Shown here one piece after another: positions 47,880-57,428 of a stretch of DNA of 64,000 nucleotides. The stretch lies in NCBI GenBank assembly GCA_044341565.1, contig JBIIRM010000002.1, positions 1,812 through 65,811 of the forward strand. Direction: 5' to 3'. Origin of the DNA: Minisyncoccia bacterium. Its GTDB lineage: Bacteria; Patescibacteriota; Minisyncoccia; SW-4-49-11. Position 1 is the stretch's first letter, and each line of letters starts with the position of its first letter. A model generated the notes under the pieces. It was not told the DNA's origin, did not search any database, and saw only the letters and a list, made by a program, of their open reading frames with translations. The translations under genes were made by a program, and so were the position numbers.

Positions 47880-47946
47880 TGCTTCAACTTTAGGTTCACT
47901 CTCAATTCGAGGGTGGGCTTTTCTTTATTTCAGTTGTTGAAAACTT

Positions 47947-47975
47947 TTGACATTTGAGTCAAAATATGCTATAAT
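47947..47975 (+). promoter_or_regulatory. Sigma-70-type promoter TTGACA-N17-TATAAT with a TGc extended -10 region
   Basis: ttgacatttgagtcaaaatatgctataat, upstream of the glycosyltransferase at 48007. Confidence 0.5.
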
Positions 47976-48006
47976 TTATATTAATTAGATTACTATTAGT
48001 ATTTTC

Positions 48007-49188
48007 ATGAAAATTGCTTTTATAGGTCAAAAAGGTATTCCTGCCTCAGCTGGGGGTGGTGTGGAGAACTATGTTGATAATATTGCAGTGAGACTTGCTC
48101 GACGGAACCATGATATTATTGTTTATACACGTAAATCCTATGCTCCTGAAGGGAATTATAAAGGGGTACAGGTAATTGAAACCCCTTCTATTGCCACCAA
48201 AAGTTTGGATGCTATTACTCATACATTTACTTCTATTTGGAATAGTTTTTTTATCCCAGATTTGGATGTACTTCATATCAATTCAGTGGGCCCCGCCTTA
48301 TTAACTCCATTTGCTCGCCTCGGATTTGCTATCAAATATCTATTTGGACATAGATATACCAAGGTGGTATTTACATTTCATAGTGCTGATTGGTATCATG
48401 GAAAATGGAATCTTTTTGCTAAGTCAATGTTAAAATTAGGGGCTTGGACAGGATGTCATTTTGCTGATGAAGTAGTAACAGTTTCTAAGAGTTTACGCTA
48501 TTTTATATCTCGAGAATTTGATATTAAGGCTACTTATATACCAAATGGTACCGTGTTTAATCATATTAGTTCTGATTCAAAATTAGCCAAATTTGGTCTC
48601 AAAAAACAAGGCTATATTGTATTTATTGCAAGACTAGTTAAACATAAAAATGCTCATATTTTGATACAGGCGTATCAGCAAATGGCTCATAAATATGGGA
48701 AAAAGCTTGTTATTGTGGGAGGACCTTCTTATACCAGAGAATATGAACAATATCTTCATGATTTAGCAGATGGAGATAAAAATATTATATTTACCGGTCA
48801 TCAATTAGGCAGAACATTAAAACAATTATTTGCTAATGCAGCAATATATGTTCTTCCATCATCTTCAGAGGGATTATCTATTTCTCTTTTGGAGGCAGGA
48901 AGTTATGGAATTCCTGTTATTGTATCCGATATTCGCGAAAATCTTGAAATTGTGGGGGATCTTGGGCATATTGCAAAGGTGAATAATATTGCTTCTCTCA
49001 AACATCAATTAGAGCATGTATTGGGGGATTATCGAGGAGCTTTGGAACTTGCGGACATATTACAAGAGGAAATACGGTATCATTATTCTTGGAATCATAT
49101 TATAAAAGCTCTTGAAAATGTATATCAGAGAGACTCTCGTCTATATAGGGGTGCTGGTATTCAGGTTACGGCAGCTTTGAAATATTAA
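48007..49188 (+). CDS. Family-1 (GT4) glycosyltransferase
   Basis: GT-B fold. The C-terminal half has EGLSISLLEAGSYGIPVIVSD (an E-x7-E-like motif). Confidence 0.7.
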   Translation: MKIAFIGQKGIPASAGGGVENYVDNIAVRLARRNHDIIVYTRKSYAPEGNYKGVQVIETPSIATKSLDAITHTFTSIWNSFFIPDLDVLHINSVGPALLTPFARLGFAIKYLFGHRYTKVVFTFHSADWYHGKWNLFAKSMLKLGAWTGCHFADEVVTVSKSLRYFISREFDIKATYIPNGTVFNHISSDSKLAKFGLKKQGYIVFIARLVKHKNAHILIQAYQQMAHKYGKKLVIVGGPSYTREYEQYLHDLADGDKNIIFTGHQLGRTLKQLFANAAIYVLPSSSEGLSISLLEAGSYGIPVIVSDIRENLEIVGDLGHIAKVNNIASLKHQLEHVLGDYRGALELADILQEEIRYHYSWNHIIKALENVYQRDSRLYRGAGIQVTAALKY

Positions 49189-49193
49189 TAGAT

Positions 49194-50480
49194 ATGAAAA
49201 AAGTCTCTCCCAAAAAGAGAATTTTGACTATATTAGGTATTATACTATTGATTATTATTAGTATAAGTCTTATTATTTGGGGAATTATTTGGTCTCAATA
49301 TAGACAGGAAATTAATTTGGCTCAAGCTATACAAAAACAGGGAGATGTCACCTATTTAGTATTATTCCAGAACACCTTAGAATTAAGACCAACAGGGGGA
49401 TTTGTAGGTAATTTTGCAGAAGTTACTTTGAGTAAAGGAAAAGTGAAAAAGTATACTATTTATAATACGAATGCCTTTGATTATGGAAAGCCTGGTATTA
49501 ATGCTCCTGAGCCTATAAAAATTATGCTAGGAGTCGATACATTACAAATGAGAGATGGAAATTGGTCTCCAGATTTTCCTACTACAGCAAAACAAATGAT
49601 TGATTTATATAAATTGGAGGGGGGAAGTCAAAATATAAATGGTATTATTGCAGTAAATGCTGCTGTTCTCCCTGAAATATTAAAAATTATTGGGCCAGTG
49701 AATGTAGAGGGAATAGATGGAGAATTAAATGCCGATAATGTATTATTATCTGTACAATATGAACTTAATTTTGGATTTATTGATAAGGGGATAAGTCGTG
49801 CTGACCGTAAAGAGCCTATTAAAAATTTAGCAGTTGAAGTAGAGAAGAGAATTCGCAAAGCCTCTCCTCAAACATTATATAAAATTGGGAATATGCTTAT
49901 AGAGCAGGCTAATCAAAAGCAACTATTATTATGGAGCTCAGATCAAAAAGTACAAGATAAAGTTGAGACTTTGAATTGGGATGGGGCTATTGAGAATAAT
50001 GGGGAGGGGGATTATTTTATGTTAGTAGATGCTAATTTAGGTTCTCTCAAAACAGATTATTATATGAAGCGAGATATTAGTAAAACAGTTAATACTTGTG
50101 GGGACAAATTATGCTCCACAATTACCATACGATATACTAATACTGCTCAGACTGCCTCACCTCTCAATAATGATTATAAGTCATATAGTAGAATATTATT
50201 ACCACAAAATGCTTTTATTAATACTATTACTGGTATTGAAAAAGACAAAATTGACTATAATAGCGAATATAATAAAAAAGTAGCAGGATTTCAAATAGAT
50301 ATTCCTTTTAATAGTACTAAGGATATTTTCATTGATTATACTATTCCCAAAACTCAACAATATAGTTTGCAAATTCAAAAACAGCCAGGTATTGCAGGAT
50401 TTGGATTTAATTTAGATTATAAGCCAAAGTCAAAACAAGTATCTGAATATATTAATTCTGATTGGAATTGGAAAGAATAA
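49194..50480 (+). CDS. DUF4012-family membrane-anchored protein
   Basis: An N-terminal transmembrane helix, then LVLFQNTLELRPTGGFVGNFAEV, which is the conserved motif of DUF4012. Confidence 0.5.
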   Translation: MKKVSPKKRILTILGIILLIIISISLIIWGIIWSQYRQEINLAQAIQKQGDVTYLVLFQNTLELRPTGGFVGNFAEVTLSKGKVKKYTIYNTNAFDYGKPGINAPEPIKIMLGVDTLQMRDGNWSPDFPTTAKQMIDLYKLEGGSQNINGIIAVNAAVLPEILKIIGPVNVEGIDGELNADNVLLSVQYELNFGFIDKGISRADRKEPIKNLAVEVEKRIRKASPQTLYKIGNMLIEQANQKQLLLWSSDQKVQDKVETLNWDGAIENNGEGDYFMLVDANLGSLKTDYYMKRDISKTVNTCGDKLCSTITIRYTNTAQTASPLNNDYKSYSRILLPQNAFINTITGIEKDKIDYNSEYNKKVAGFQIDIPFNSTKDIFIDYTIPKTQQYSLQIQKQPGIAGFGFNLDYKPKSKQVSEYINSDWNWKE

Positions 50481-52607
50481 TTATTCAAAATGTACGGTAT
50501 CTTCAAAATGCGATAGACGAGATTTTAATTCTGGATACATATTAAGAGTAGTATCTTGATTCAGGATTTCTTGTGATATATTACGAGTTTGTACAATAAT
50601 CTCTTTATTGAGTAATGCCTCCATACTAATATCTGATATTCCACTTTGATTAGATCCAATAAATTGACCTGGACCTCTAATAGCTAAATCTTTTTCCGCG
50701 AGCTCAAATCCATTATTGGCTTTTTCAATAGCTTTTAATCTTTGATTCATGGACACTTCTTGCTCACCCGTTTCAAATAGAAAACAAAAGGATTGATATT
50801 CTCCTCGGCCCACTCTTCCTCGGAATTGATGTAATTGAGCGAGTCCAAAGCGCTCAGCCCCTTCTATCACCATAATACTGGCATTCGGGATATCAATACC
50901 AACTTCTATTACTGAGGTGGCAACAAGTATATCAAATGTCCGATTTTTGAAATCTTGAATAATTGTATCTTTTTCGGCAGTTTTCATTTTCCCATGCATC
51001 ATATTAATTCTCAGATCAGGGAATATATTTTGAGATAAGTCAATAAAAGTTTCTTCTACGGATTTGATATCAGATTCTTCATCAGCTTCAATCTTGGGGC
51101 ATACCACAAAGGCTTGTCTACCGGATTGTATATGTTTACGTATAAAGGTATAGGCTTCTGATCTTTTGGATGGAGGTACTAATTTAGTTTTTATGAGTTT
51201 TCTTCCAGCGGGATATTCATCTAATAGAGATATATCTAAATCCCCATATATACTAAGAGCTAAAGTTCTTGGTATTGGGGTTGCTGTCATACTTAAGAGA
51301 TGAGAAATTGTCTCAGAGCTTTTATCCTTAGCTTTACTAATCATAGTTTGTAATTCTGCTCTTTGCTTTACTCCGAATCGATGTTGCTCATCTACGATAA
51401 CAAGAGCAAGATCTTTATATTGTAATTGATCAGTAATAACACTATGAGTACCAATAACAATATCAATATTTCCCCTTGCAATTTTACGTAATAATTCTTT
51501 TTTAGGAATAGTAGTCCAAGACCCAAGTTCAATATCAGTAGATATACGAGATTCTTTAGAGGTAATCAAGGCGATAATTGGGGGTGAGGTTATATTCTGT
51601 GTTAATTTGGTGATTCCTTCAAAATGTTGAGTTGCAAGTATTTCAGTAGGGGCCATCATTACCGATTGAGCTGTATTAAAATAGGAATTAAGCATTGCTA
51701 TTGTTGCGACAATGGTTTTGCCAGTACCAACATCTCCCTCTAATAATCTATTCATAGGGGATGGTTTGGCAATATCACCCAGGATTTCTTGTATAGATTT
51801 TTGCTGAGCCTTGGTTAGCTCAAAGGGTAGCTTACTAATAAATTCTTGAATTCTGTCTGTTTGAGTCATTAATGCAGGAGCATATTTAGATTGAAAGAGC
51901 AGTTTTTGTTTGGCAATATATAATTGCATAATAAAAGCTTCTTCGAATATTAGTCTTTGTTTAGCTTGATGAATATTATCGGTACTGCGAGGATAATGTA
52001 AATATTGAATAGCGGTATTAATATCAGGGATATGAGCTTTTTGTAAAACCCATTCAGGTAAAGTCTCAGGTAATAGTCCAAATTGCTTAATAGCAAGATC
52101 AATACGATATCTTAACATTTTTGAGGTTATACCAAAGGTTTCTGGGTAAATAGGTACTAATCGATGAGAATGTAAGAGGATTTTTTGTGGTAATATTCTC
52201 TCAAAACTAATATTGCTAAGAGGGGATTTAGTATTAGGTTTTATAATAGCAGATAGGGCATATTGTGAACCTATTTGAAGAGACTCAAATAATAATTTTT
52301 GATTAAAAAGGGTAATAGTATATTGATCAGTCTCATCTTGTATAGTAATTTCCCCCAAAACAAGATTACGACCTCTGAGGCGAGTCGATTTCTTATGAAT
52401 AATAGTTATTTCAAATACAGCAGGAGTTCCTGGGATAATAGTATTAATATTATTTAAGGTTTGAAAATGAGTATAATTAATAAATTTTTTGGGTGGATAT
52501 AAAAGGAGTTGTGCAAGAGTATGAATTCCTAATTTATGAAAACTGCTAATAAGCCTAGGAGTAGGTTTTGGCTTTAATTCTTCAATAGGGGTATAGAGAA
52601 CATTCAT
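50481..52607 (-). CDS. recG: ATP-dependent DNA helicase RecG
   Basis: Wedge domain plus helicase motifs GDVGTGKT (Walker A) and DEQHRFGV (DEQH box). 708 aa. Confidence 0.9.
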   Translation of the reverse strand: MNVLYTPIEELKPKPTPRLISSFHKLGIHTLAQLLLYPPKKFINYTHFQTLNNINTIIPGTPAVFEITIIHKKSTRLRGRNLVLGEITIQDETDQYTITLFNQKLLFESLQIGSQYALSAIIKPNTKSPLSNISFERILPQKILLHSHRLVPIYPETFGITSKMLRYRIDLAIKQFGLLPETLPEWVLQKAHIPDINTAIQYLHYPRSTDNIHQAKQRLIFEEAFIMQLYIAKQKLLFQSKYAPALMTQTDRIQEFISKLPFELTKAQQKSIQEILGDIAKPSPMNRLLEGDVGTGKTIVATIAMLNSYFNTAQSVMMAPTEILATQHFEGITKLTQNITSPPIIALITSKESRISTDIELGSWTTIPKKELLRKIARGNIDIVIGTHSVITDQLQYKDLALVIVDEQHRFGVKQRAELQTMISKAKDKSSETISHLLSMTATPIPRTLALSIYGDLDISLLDEYPAGRKLIKTKLVPPSKRSEAYTFIRKHIQSGRQAFVVCPKIEADEESDIKSVEETFIDLSQNIFPDLRINMMHGKMKTAEKDTIIQDFKNRTFDILVATSVIEVGIDIPNASIMVIEGAERFGLAQLHQFRGRVGRGEYQSFCFLFETGEQEVSMNQRLKAIEKANNGFELAEKDLAIRGPGQFIGSNQSGISDISMEALLNKEIIVQTRNISQEILNQDTTLNMYPELKSRLSHFEDTVHFE

Positions 52608-52618
52608 ACATATAATAT

Positions 52619-52695
52619 TGGTGTACCTAAGAGGGTTCGAACCTCTGACCTCAGGTTCCGCAAACCTGCGCTCTATCCAACTGAGCTATAGGTAC
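52619..52695 (-). tRNA. tRNA-Arg (anticodon GCG by hand folding). CCA is encoded.
   Basis: Reverse complement GTACCTA-TA-GCTC-AGTTGGATA-GAGC-G-CAGGT-TTGCGGA-ACCTG-AGGTC-AGAGG-TTCGAAC-CCTCT-TAGGTAC-A-CCA. All stems are canonical. The anticodon assignment depends on my loop register. Confidence 0.75.
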
Positions 52696-52696
52696 A

Positions 52697-53173
52697 TTAA
52701 ATTTTAAGGAAATGATCTAAGGTGTCAAAAAATGATTCTTTCCCATCTTCTCTAGGGATAAATTGCTCAAGTATATCAGCAATATCATCAGGATTTTCTT
52801 TTCCAAGAGGAATGCGGGTATGGGTTAAGACACCTTTTGCCATATGAAGAGATATGAATCTGACATCTTGTCTTATAAAAACACCAAATGATTCAATATC
52901 TTGAAATTGAAATGTTCTTTTGGAGTCTAAATTAATTCCTGTCTCAGTAATTTCAACAGTTATATATTCAGGATCTTTACTTGATATTAATAGGGTAACA
53001 ACAAAGGTTAAAACAAATACCACAAACATCATTGGGGAGCGGGTGAATATTGCATATACCAAAAGGAGAACACCTATAATACCAAAAAGAGCATACCAAG
53101 TAGGGGTTTTTTCATATTTATCAAACTCTAAGGCTTGATAGTTGTAAAGAGATGATTTTTTTTGTTTAGCCAT
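52697..53173 (-). CDS. Membrane protein of unknown function (two transmembrane helices plus a C-terminal soluble domain)
   Basis: Transmembrane helices WYALFGIIGVLLLVYAIF and MMFVVFVLTFVVTLLI. Confidence 0.4.
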   Translation of the reverse strand: MAKQKKSSLYNYQALEFDKYEKTPTWYALFGIIGVLLLVYAIFTRSPMMFVVFVLTFVVTLLISSKDPEYITVEITETGINLDSKRTFQFQDIESFGVFIRQDVRFISLHMAKGVLTHTRIPLGKENPDDIADILEQFIPREDGKESFFDTLDHFLKI

Positions 53174-53233
53174 AATAAATATATTGGTATTTCGAGTTAA
53201 TTATAGCATATATCTTTTGATTCGAAAAGATAA

Positions 53234-53926
53234 TTATATCCTTTGATCTTTTCGCCAAGACTCGATGGCTTGATGATTTCCTGATAATAATATTTCGGGC
53301 ACTTCCCAATTAGCAGGGGCATCAGGTTTAATTAATTGGGGATTAGTAGGAGTAAAAATAGCTGGACGAGAATAATGAGGATATTCCTTAGTATCAGTAT
53401 TAGTCCAGGATTCCTCAGTTAGAGATTCTTGATTACCAAGTACTTCAGGAATATGTCGAGAAATAGCATCGAGCATAACCAGAGCAGGTAATTCACCCCC
53501 TGTTAATACAAATTGCCCAATAGATAAGGATTCATGGGTTAAATATTTTTCTACTCTTGAGTCCACACCTTCATAGCGACCACAAATAAAAATAATATGA
53601 TTATAGGTATCCCCAAGAGATATAGCCTTTTCTTGATTAAATATTGGAGCCCCCGCCTTGGTTAAAATAATATGTTTTTTGGTATCAGGATATTGATTAA
53701 TGAGGGAAGAAAGAGCCTCATAAATAGGTTCTATTTGTAATATCATACCAGCACCACCCCCAAATGGAGTATCATCAACTTTATTATGAGGATTATTGGT
53801 ATAATCACGTATATTATGAATACCAACTTCAATACTTTGTTTGAGATTTTGAGCCCTCCCAACTACTCCATTATTAATATAAGGAGTAATAATTTCTGGA
53901 AAAAGAGTTAATATATCAAAACGCAT
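53234..53926 (-). CDS. trmD: tRNA (guanine37-N1)-methyltransferase
   Basis: MRFDILTLFPE N-terminus and the SPOUT-fold motifs of TrmD. Confidence 0.9.
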   Translation of the reverse strand: MRFDILTLFPEIITPYINNGVVGRAQNLKQSIEVGIHNIRDYTNNPHNKVDDTPFGGGAGMILQIEPIYEALSSLINQYPDTKKHIILTKAGAPIFNQEKAISLGDTYNHIIFICGRYEGVDSRVEKYLTHESLSIGQFVLTGGELPALVMLDAISRHIPEVLGNQESLTEESWTNTDTKEYPHYSRPAIFTPTNPQLIKPDAPANWEVPEILLSGNHQAIESWRKDQRI

Positions 53927-53929
53927 ATA

Positions 53930-54253
53930 TTAGAGATTCAAGTTATCCACAGCTTGATTAATATCTTCTGAATTAGATAATCGAGTTTCATTTCTCACAC
54001 CTTGTTCTGGCTCAAGAATTTTGAGATTAACTCGAGCATTATTACGAGCTCCCACAATACGGAGAAGGGAGCGAATTGCCTTGGCAGTAGATCCTGCCTT
54101 TCCAATCACATAACCCATATCACTGGGATTGACTTGTAACGTTATTAATACTCCCATTTCATCCACTGTTCTTTCAATCAGAACATCATTAGGATTATCT
54201 ACAATTGACTTAACAATATATGAAACAAATTCTTTATCTACGGTGCTTTCCAT
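53930..54253 (-). CDS. KH-domain RNA-binding protein (KhpA/YlqC-like)
   Basis: VIGKAGSTAKAIRSLL (GxxG KH motif). It sits in the classical position upstream of trmD. Confidence 0.7.
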   Translation of the reverse strand: MESTVDKEFVSYIVKSIVDNPNDVLIERTVDEMGVLITLQVNPSDMGYVIGKAGSTAKAIRSLLRIVGARNNARVNLKILEPEQGVRNETRLSNSEDINQAVDNLNL

Positions 54254-54339
54254 TTCTGTGTTTTTATCTGTTAATCAAAGTTATATAAACTTTATTGCTA
54301 TTATATCATATCTTTTATACTCTTGATAATAGATATTGG

Positions 54340-55047
54340 CTAATGAGCCAAAACAAGCGCATGTATATCGCAAAAACCCTGTTTATATAAGGATTTAGCA
54401 GCCTCTTCAATTGTGGATAACGTAGTTGTAACATCATCAATAATAATTATGGTAGAGTTTTTTGGAGCTCGAGAATAAGCCTCAAAAGAATCAATTACAT
54501 TCTCTATTCTATCTTGCCTGTCTTTAATACGCATTTGTTGTGGGGTATCACGTATACGCTGTAAATCAAGATAAAGAGGTAATTTGAGCTTATCAGCTAA
54601 ATATTGAGCTAATAATACAGATTGATTATATCCCCGAAATTGTAATCGTTTGTTATGAAGGGGAATGGGACAGAGAATAATATTGGACTTTAATCGTATA
54701 TGTTGTGTGAGGGTACGAAGCATTATGGCTCCTAGGGGCTCAGCTATTTGGGGAATATTTTTATACTTGAGATAATGAATACTTTTACGTATAATTGGAT
54801 CATTAAATGGGGTACAGGTAAGTATACTCATAAGTTTACCCTCTACAAGATTAGGTTGAATATTTGTATGTATTTTGGGGACAAATAATGATTTCTGTTG
54901 TATATATTTGTGTATCCAGAGATTAGGCTTATGTAGGATTTTGGATAGGCAATCAGCGCATAAATTCGAAATATGAAGTTTATGGCAAATAATACATTGA
55001 TTCGGTATTATGCTATTTTGTAATAATGTGGATAGTGAATCTTGCAT
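54340..55047 (-). CDS. comF: ComF-family protein (N-terminal Zn finger plus phosphoribosyltransferase domain)
   Basis: CIICHKL...CADC zinc finger. PRTase motif IIIDDVTTTLST. Confidence 0.7.
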   Translation of the reverse strand: MQDSLSTLLQNSIIPNQCIICHKLHISNLCADCLSKILHKPNLWIHKYIQQKSLFVPKIHTNIQPNLVEGKLMSILTCTPFNDPIIRKSIHYLKYKNIPQIAEPLGAIMLRTLTQHIRLKSNIILCPIPLHNKRLQFRGYNQSVLLAQYLADKLKLPLYLDLQRIRDTPQQMRIKDRQDRIENVIDSFEAYSRAPKNSTIIIIDDVTTTLSTIEEAAKSLYKQGFCDIHALVLAH

Positions 55048-55103
55048 ATTTATATACCATATGATATTATTATACTATAGAATAATATCAATAAATAAAA
55101 GCA

Positions 55104-56174
55104 ATGTTAGGATTAGGAGTAAAAAATTCGTTTGGTATTGATATTGGTACACAAACTATTAAAATTTCGGAAGTTCAAAAACAAGGAGGGAAAATATCCG
55201 TGATTAATTATAGTATTTGGGATGATGATTTAGATAATATTATTCAAGAGAAAAACGGGGAACATATTATTTCTGTATCTCAGATTACCACCATTATACA
55301 AGCTATGCTTAATGCTGCTAAAATGGAAATAAAGGAGGCATATATTGCAATCCCTTCATATTTAGCTTTTTCAGCAGTTGTTCAATTTCCTCTTATGTCA
55401 TTTGAAGAATTGTCTACAGCTGTACCACTTGAAGCAAAACAATATATTCCTGTTCCTTTAACCAGCGTGCAATTAGATTGGATGAATTTAGGGCCTAATA
55501 AGGAAAAAGATAAATTAAATGTATTAGTAATTGCCATTCCTAATAGTGTGGTAAATACGTATATTGAAGTAAGTAAAGCCCTAGGTATTACGATTAAGGG
55601 ATTTGAATTAGATGCTTTCTCTATTATTCGTTCTATTGATTTGCCCAATAGTCAAGTATGTGTTGTAGATATTGGGGCAAGAACCAGTACGGTAAGTATT
55701 GTTAATACAGAAGATCAATTGCAATTAATACAATCATTTGATTTTGGAGGGAATCATATTACGGATAAAATTTCATCTTCTCATAATATATCCAGTATAG
55801 AAGCAGAAAAACTCAAAAAAGATAATGGAATATCTGGTCCTAAGTCAGAAATATCAGCCTTAATACAATCTGGGATTAAGAGCTTTTTTGAAAATGAAGT
55901 ATTGCGTATTATTCACCAATTCCAAGATAATAATGAAGAAAAAATACAAGATATTGTATTGCTTGGTGGCTTTGCTAAAATGGACGGTATTCGAGAATTT
56001 GTTGATTTAGTTATTAATAATCAATTAGGAGTAAGTCAAAAAATTACTATTACTGTTGCAGAACCCTATTCTAATCTGAGCATTAAAGGGGTGAAGGATA
56101 AGGAAGTTCTGCATGCAATTTGGCATGATTTGGTATTGTCAATTGGTATTTCACTTAAAGATTATGTCGAATAA
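55104..56174 (+). CDS. pilM: Type IV pilus assembly protein PilM (actin-like ATPase)
   Basis: FGIDIGTQTIKI N-terminus, with VVDIGARTST and GGF actin-fold motifs. Confidence 0.8.
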   Translation: MLGLGVKNSFGIDIGTQTIKISEVQKQGGKISVINYSIWDDDLDNIIQEKNGEHIISVSQITTIIQAMLNAAKMEIKEAYIAIPSYLAFSAVVQFPLMSFEELSTAVPLEAKQYIPVPLTSVQLDWMNLGPNKEKDKLNVLVIAIPNSVVNTYIEVSKALGITIKGFELDAFSIIRSIDLPNSQVCVVDIGARTSTVSIVNTEDQLQLIQSFDFGGNHITDKISSSHNISSIEAEKLKKDNGISGPKSEISALIQSGIKSFFENEVLRIIHQFQDNNEEKIQDIVLLGGFAKMDGIREFVDLVINNQLGVSQKITITVAEPYSNLSIKGVKDKEVLHAIWHDLVLSIGISLKDYVE

Positions 56175-56706
56175 TATGGAAAATATTAGCTTTATTCCTA
56201 ATAGACAAAAAGGCTCAGAGGGATATGTGACTATTAAAGAGGAGCATCCTTATCGGGGGTATATTATTGGATTTATATTGACATTAATTATATACATAGG
56301 AGTATTGGGTTCTGTTTATTGGGTTTATATTATAAAGCCTACGAATGAATATAATCAAATTTTAGCAGATTTAAATGAAAGAAATAGTGTATATTATCCA
56401 AAAGATGATTTAGAAAAAACAGTGTATAATGTGAATACATTGATTTCTCAAACATATGATCCAGTTGAAATTATGAAAGAAATTGAAGCAACATATACTA
56501 CTGGGTTTAAAACAAGTTCTTGGGTATATAGTGCACAAAAAAAGACTATTATTCTTTCAGCACAAGCGCTTTCTTTTGATGATGCTAATTCTCAAATATC
56601 TAAGATAAAGGAGGTTAAAGGTGTTATAGATGCTTCTTCCCCAGATATTAGGAAGAATTCTGAGGGTAGTGGAGTTAGTCTTGATATATTGATTAAGTTA
56701 AAGTAG
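56164..56706 (+). CDS. pilN: PilN-like bitopic membrane protein
   Basis: The start is taken at MSNNMENISF, overlapping the pilM stop. There is a single transmembrane helix (IIGFILTLIIYIGVLGSVYWVYII). The assignment rests on position in the pilMNO order. Confidence 0.45.
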   Translation: MSNNMENISFIPNRQKGSEGYVTIKEEHPYRGYIIGFILTLIIYIGVLGSVYWVYIIKPTNEYNQILADLNERNSVYYPKDDLEKTVYNVNTLISQTYDPVEIMKEIEATYTTGFKTSSWVYSAQKKTIILSAQALSFDDANSQISKIKEVKGVIDASSPDIRKNSEGSGVSLDILIKLK

Positions 56707-56711
56707 ATGAT

Positions 56712-57242
56712 ATGAATCAAAAAACCCTTTTATCCATTTCATTCTGTATTATATTTATTACTTTGATTTGGACAATAACTAATTTTTATACTGATTTTTT
56801 GACAAGTAAATTCTCTGGAGTAAAGGAATTACAGAAAAAAACACAAATTACCCAATCATTTGCTGATCAAAAGTCGCCCTCAGAATTGGCAAAAAGAATA
56901 AATGAATTCACACCAGATTCACTGGATAAGACCGCGATTACAACAGAATTTACACAATTTGCAAGAGAATCTAATATTGAAATAGCTTCCATCTCTGTAG
57001 ATGAGCAGGGTTCACTAATAAAAGATACTAATAACTTAGATACCAATAATACTTCTATTAATACATTAAGACCAGTGAATATTTTATTAAAAATAACTGG
57101 AGGTAGAAGAGAAATATATACTTTTTTACAAAAATTAATACAATCAAAGCGATATATAGGGGTGAATACCGTTAGCTTATCTTTTGCTAAAGGATTAGGT
57201 AATATAGAGGGAGCTATTAATGCAATAACATATTATAAATAA
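56712..57242 (+). CDS. pilO: PilO-like bitopic membrane protein
   Basis: N-terminal transmembrane helix (LLSISFCIIFITLIWTI), ~175 aa, positioned after pilM and pilN. Confidence 0.4.
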   Translation: MNQKTLLSISFCIIFITLIWTITNFYTDFLTSKFSGVKELQKKTQITQSFADQKSPSELAKRINEFTPDSLDKTAITTEFTQFARESNIEIASISVDEQGSLIKDTNNLDTNNTSINTLRPVNILLKITGGRREIYTFLQKLIQSKRYIGVNTVSLSFAKGLGNIEGAINAITYYK

Positions 57243-57428
57243 ATATGAAAAATATATCTCAAATTATTGAAAGGTATCACAAATTCATTATAGTATCAGT
57301 TAGTATTATAGCTGTAGGCTATTTTGGATATCAAATATTTGCTATTATATTAAATCATATATCTGTTGGGGATACCGATATAGTAGCACCTAGCTTTGAT
57401 ACTATTAGTAGTTATTTTAAGTTATAAT

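Noticed and set aside
57245-57427. 60-aa ORF between pilO and pilB as a PilP homolog
   Set aside because: It is too short and has only a single transmembrane helix with no recognisable PilP beta-domain. It may be a genuine small membrane peptide but cannot be assigned. The 57396 start of the pilB track ORF overlapping it was moved to 57429.
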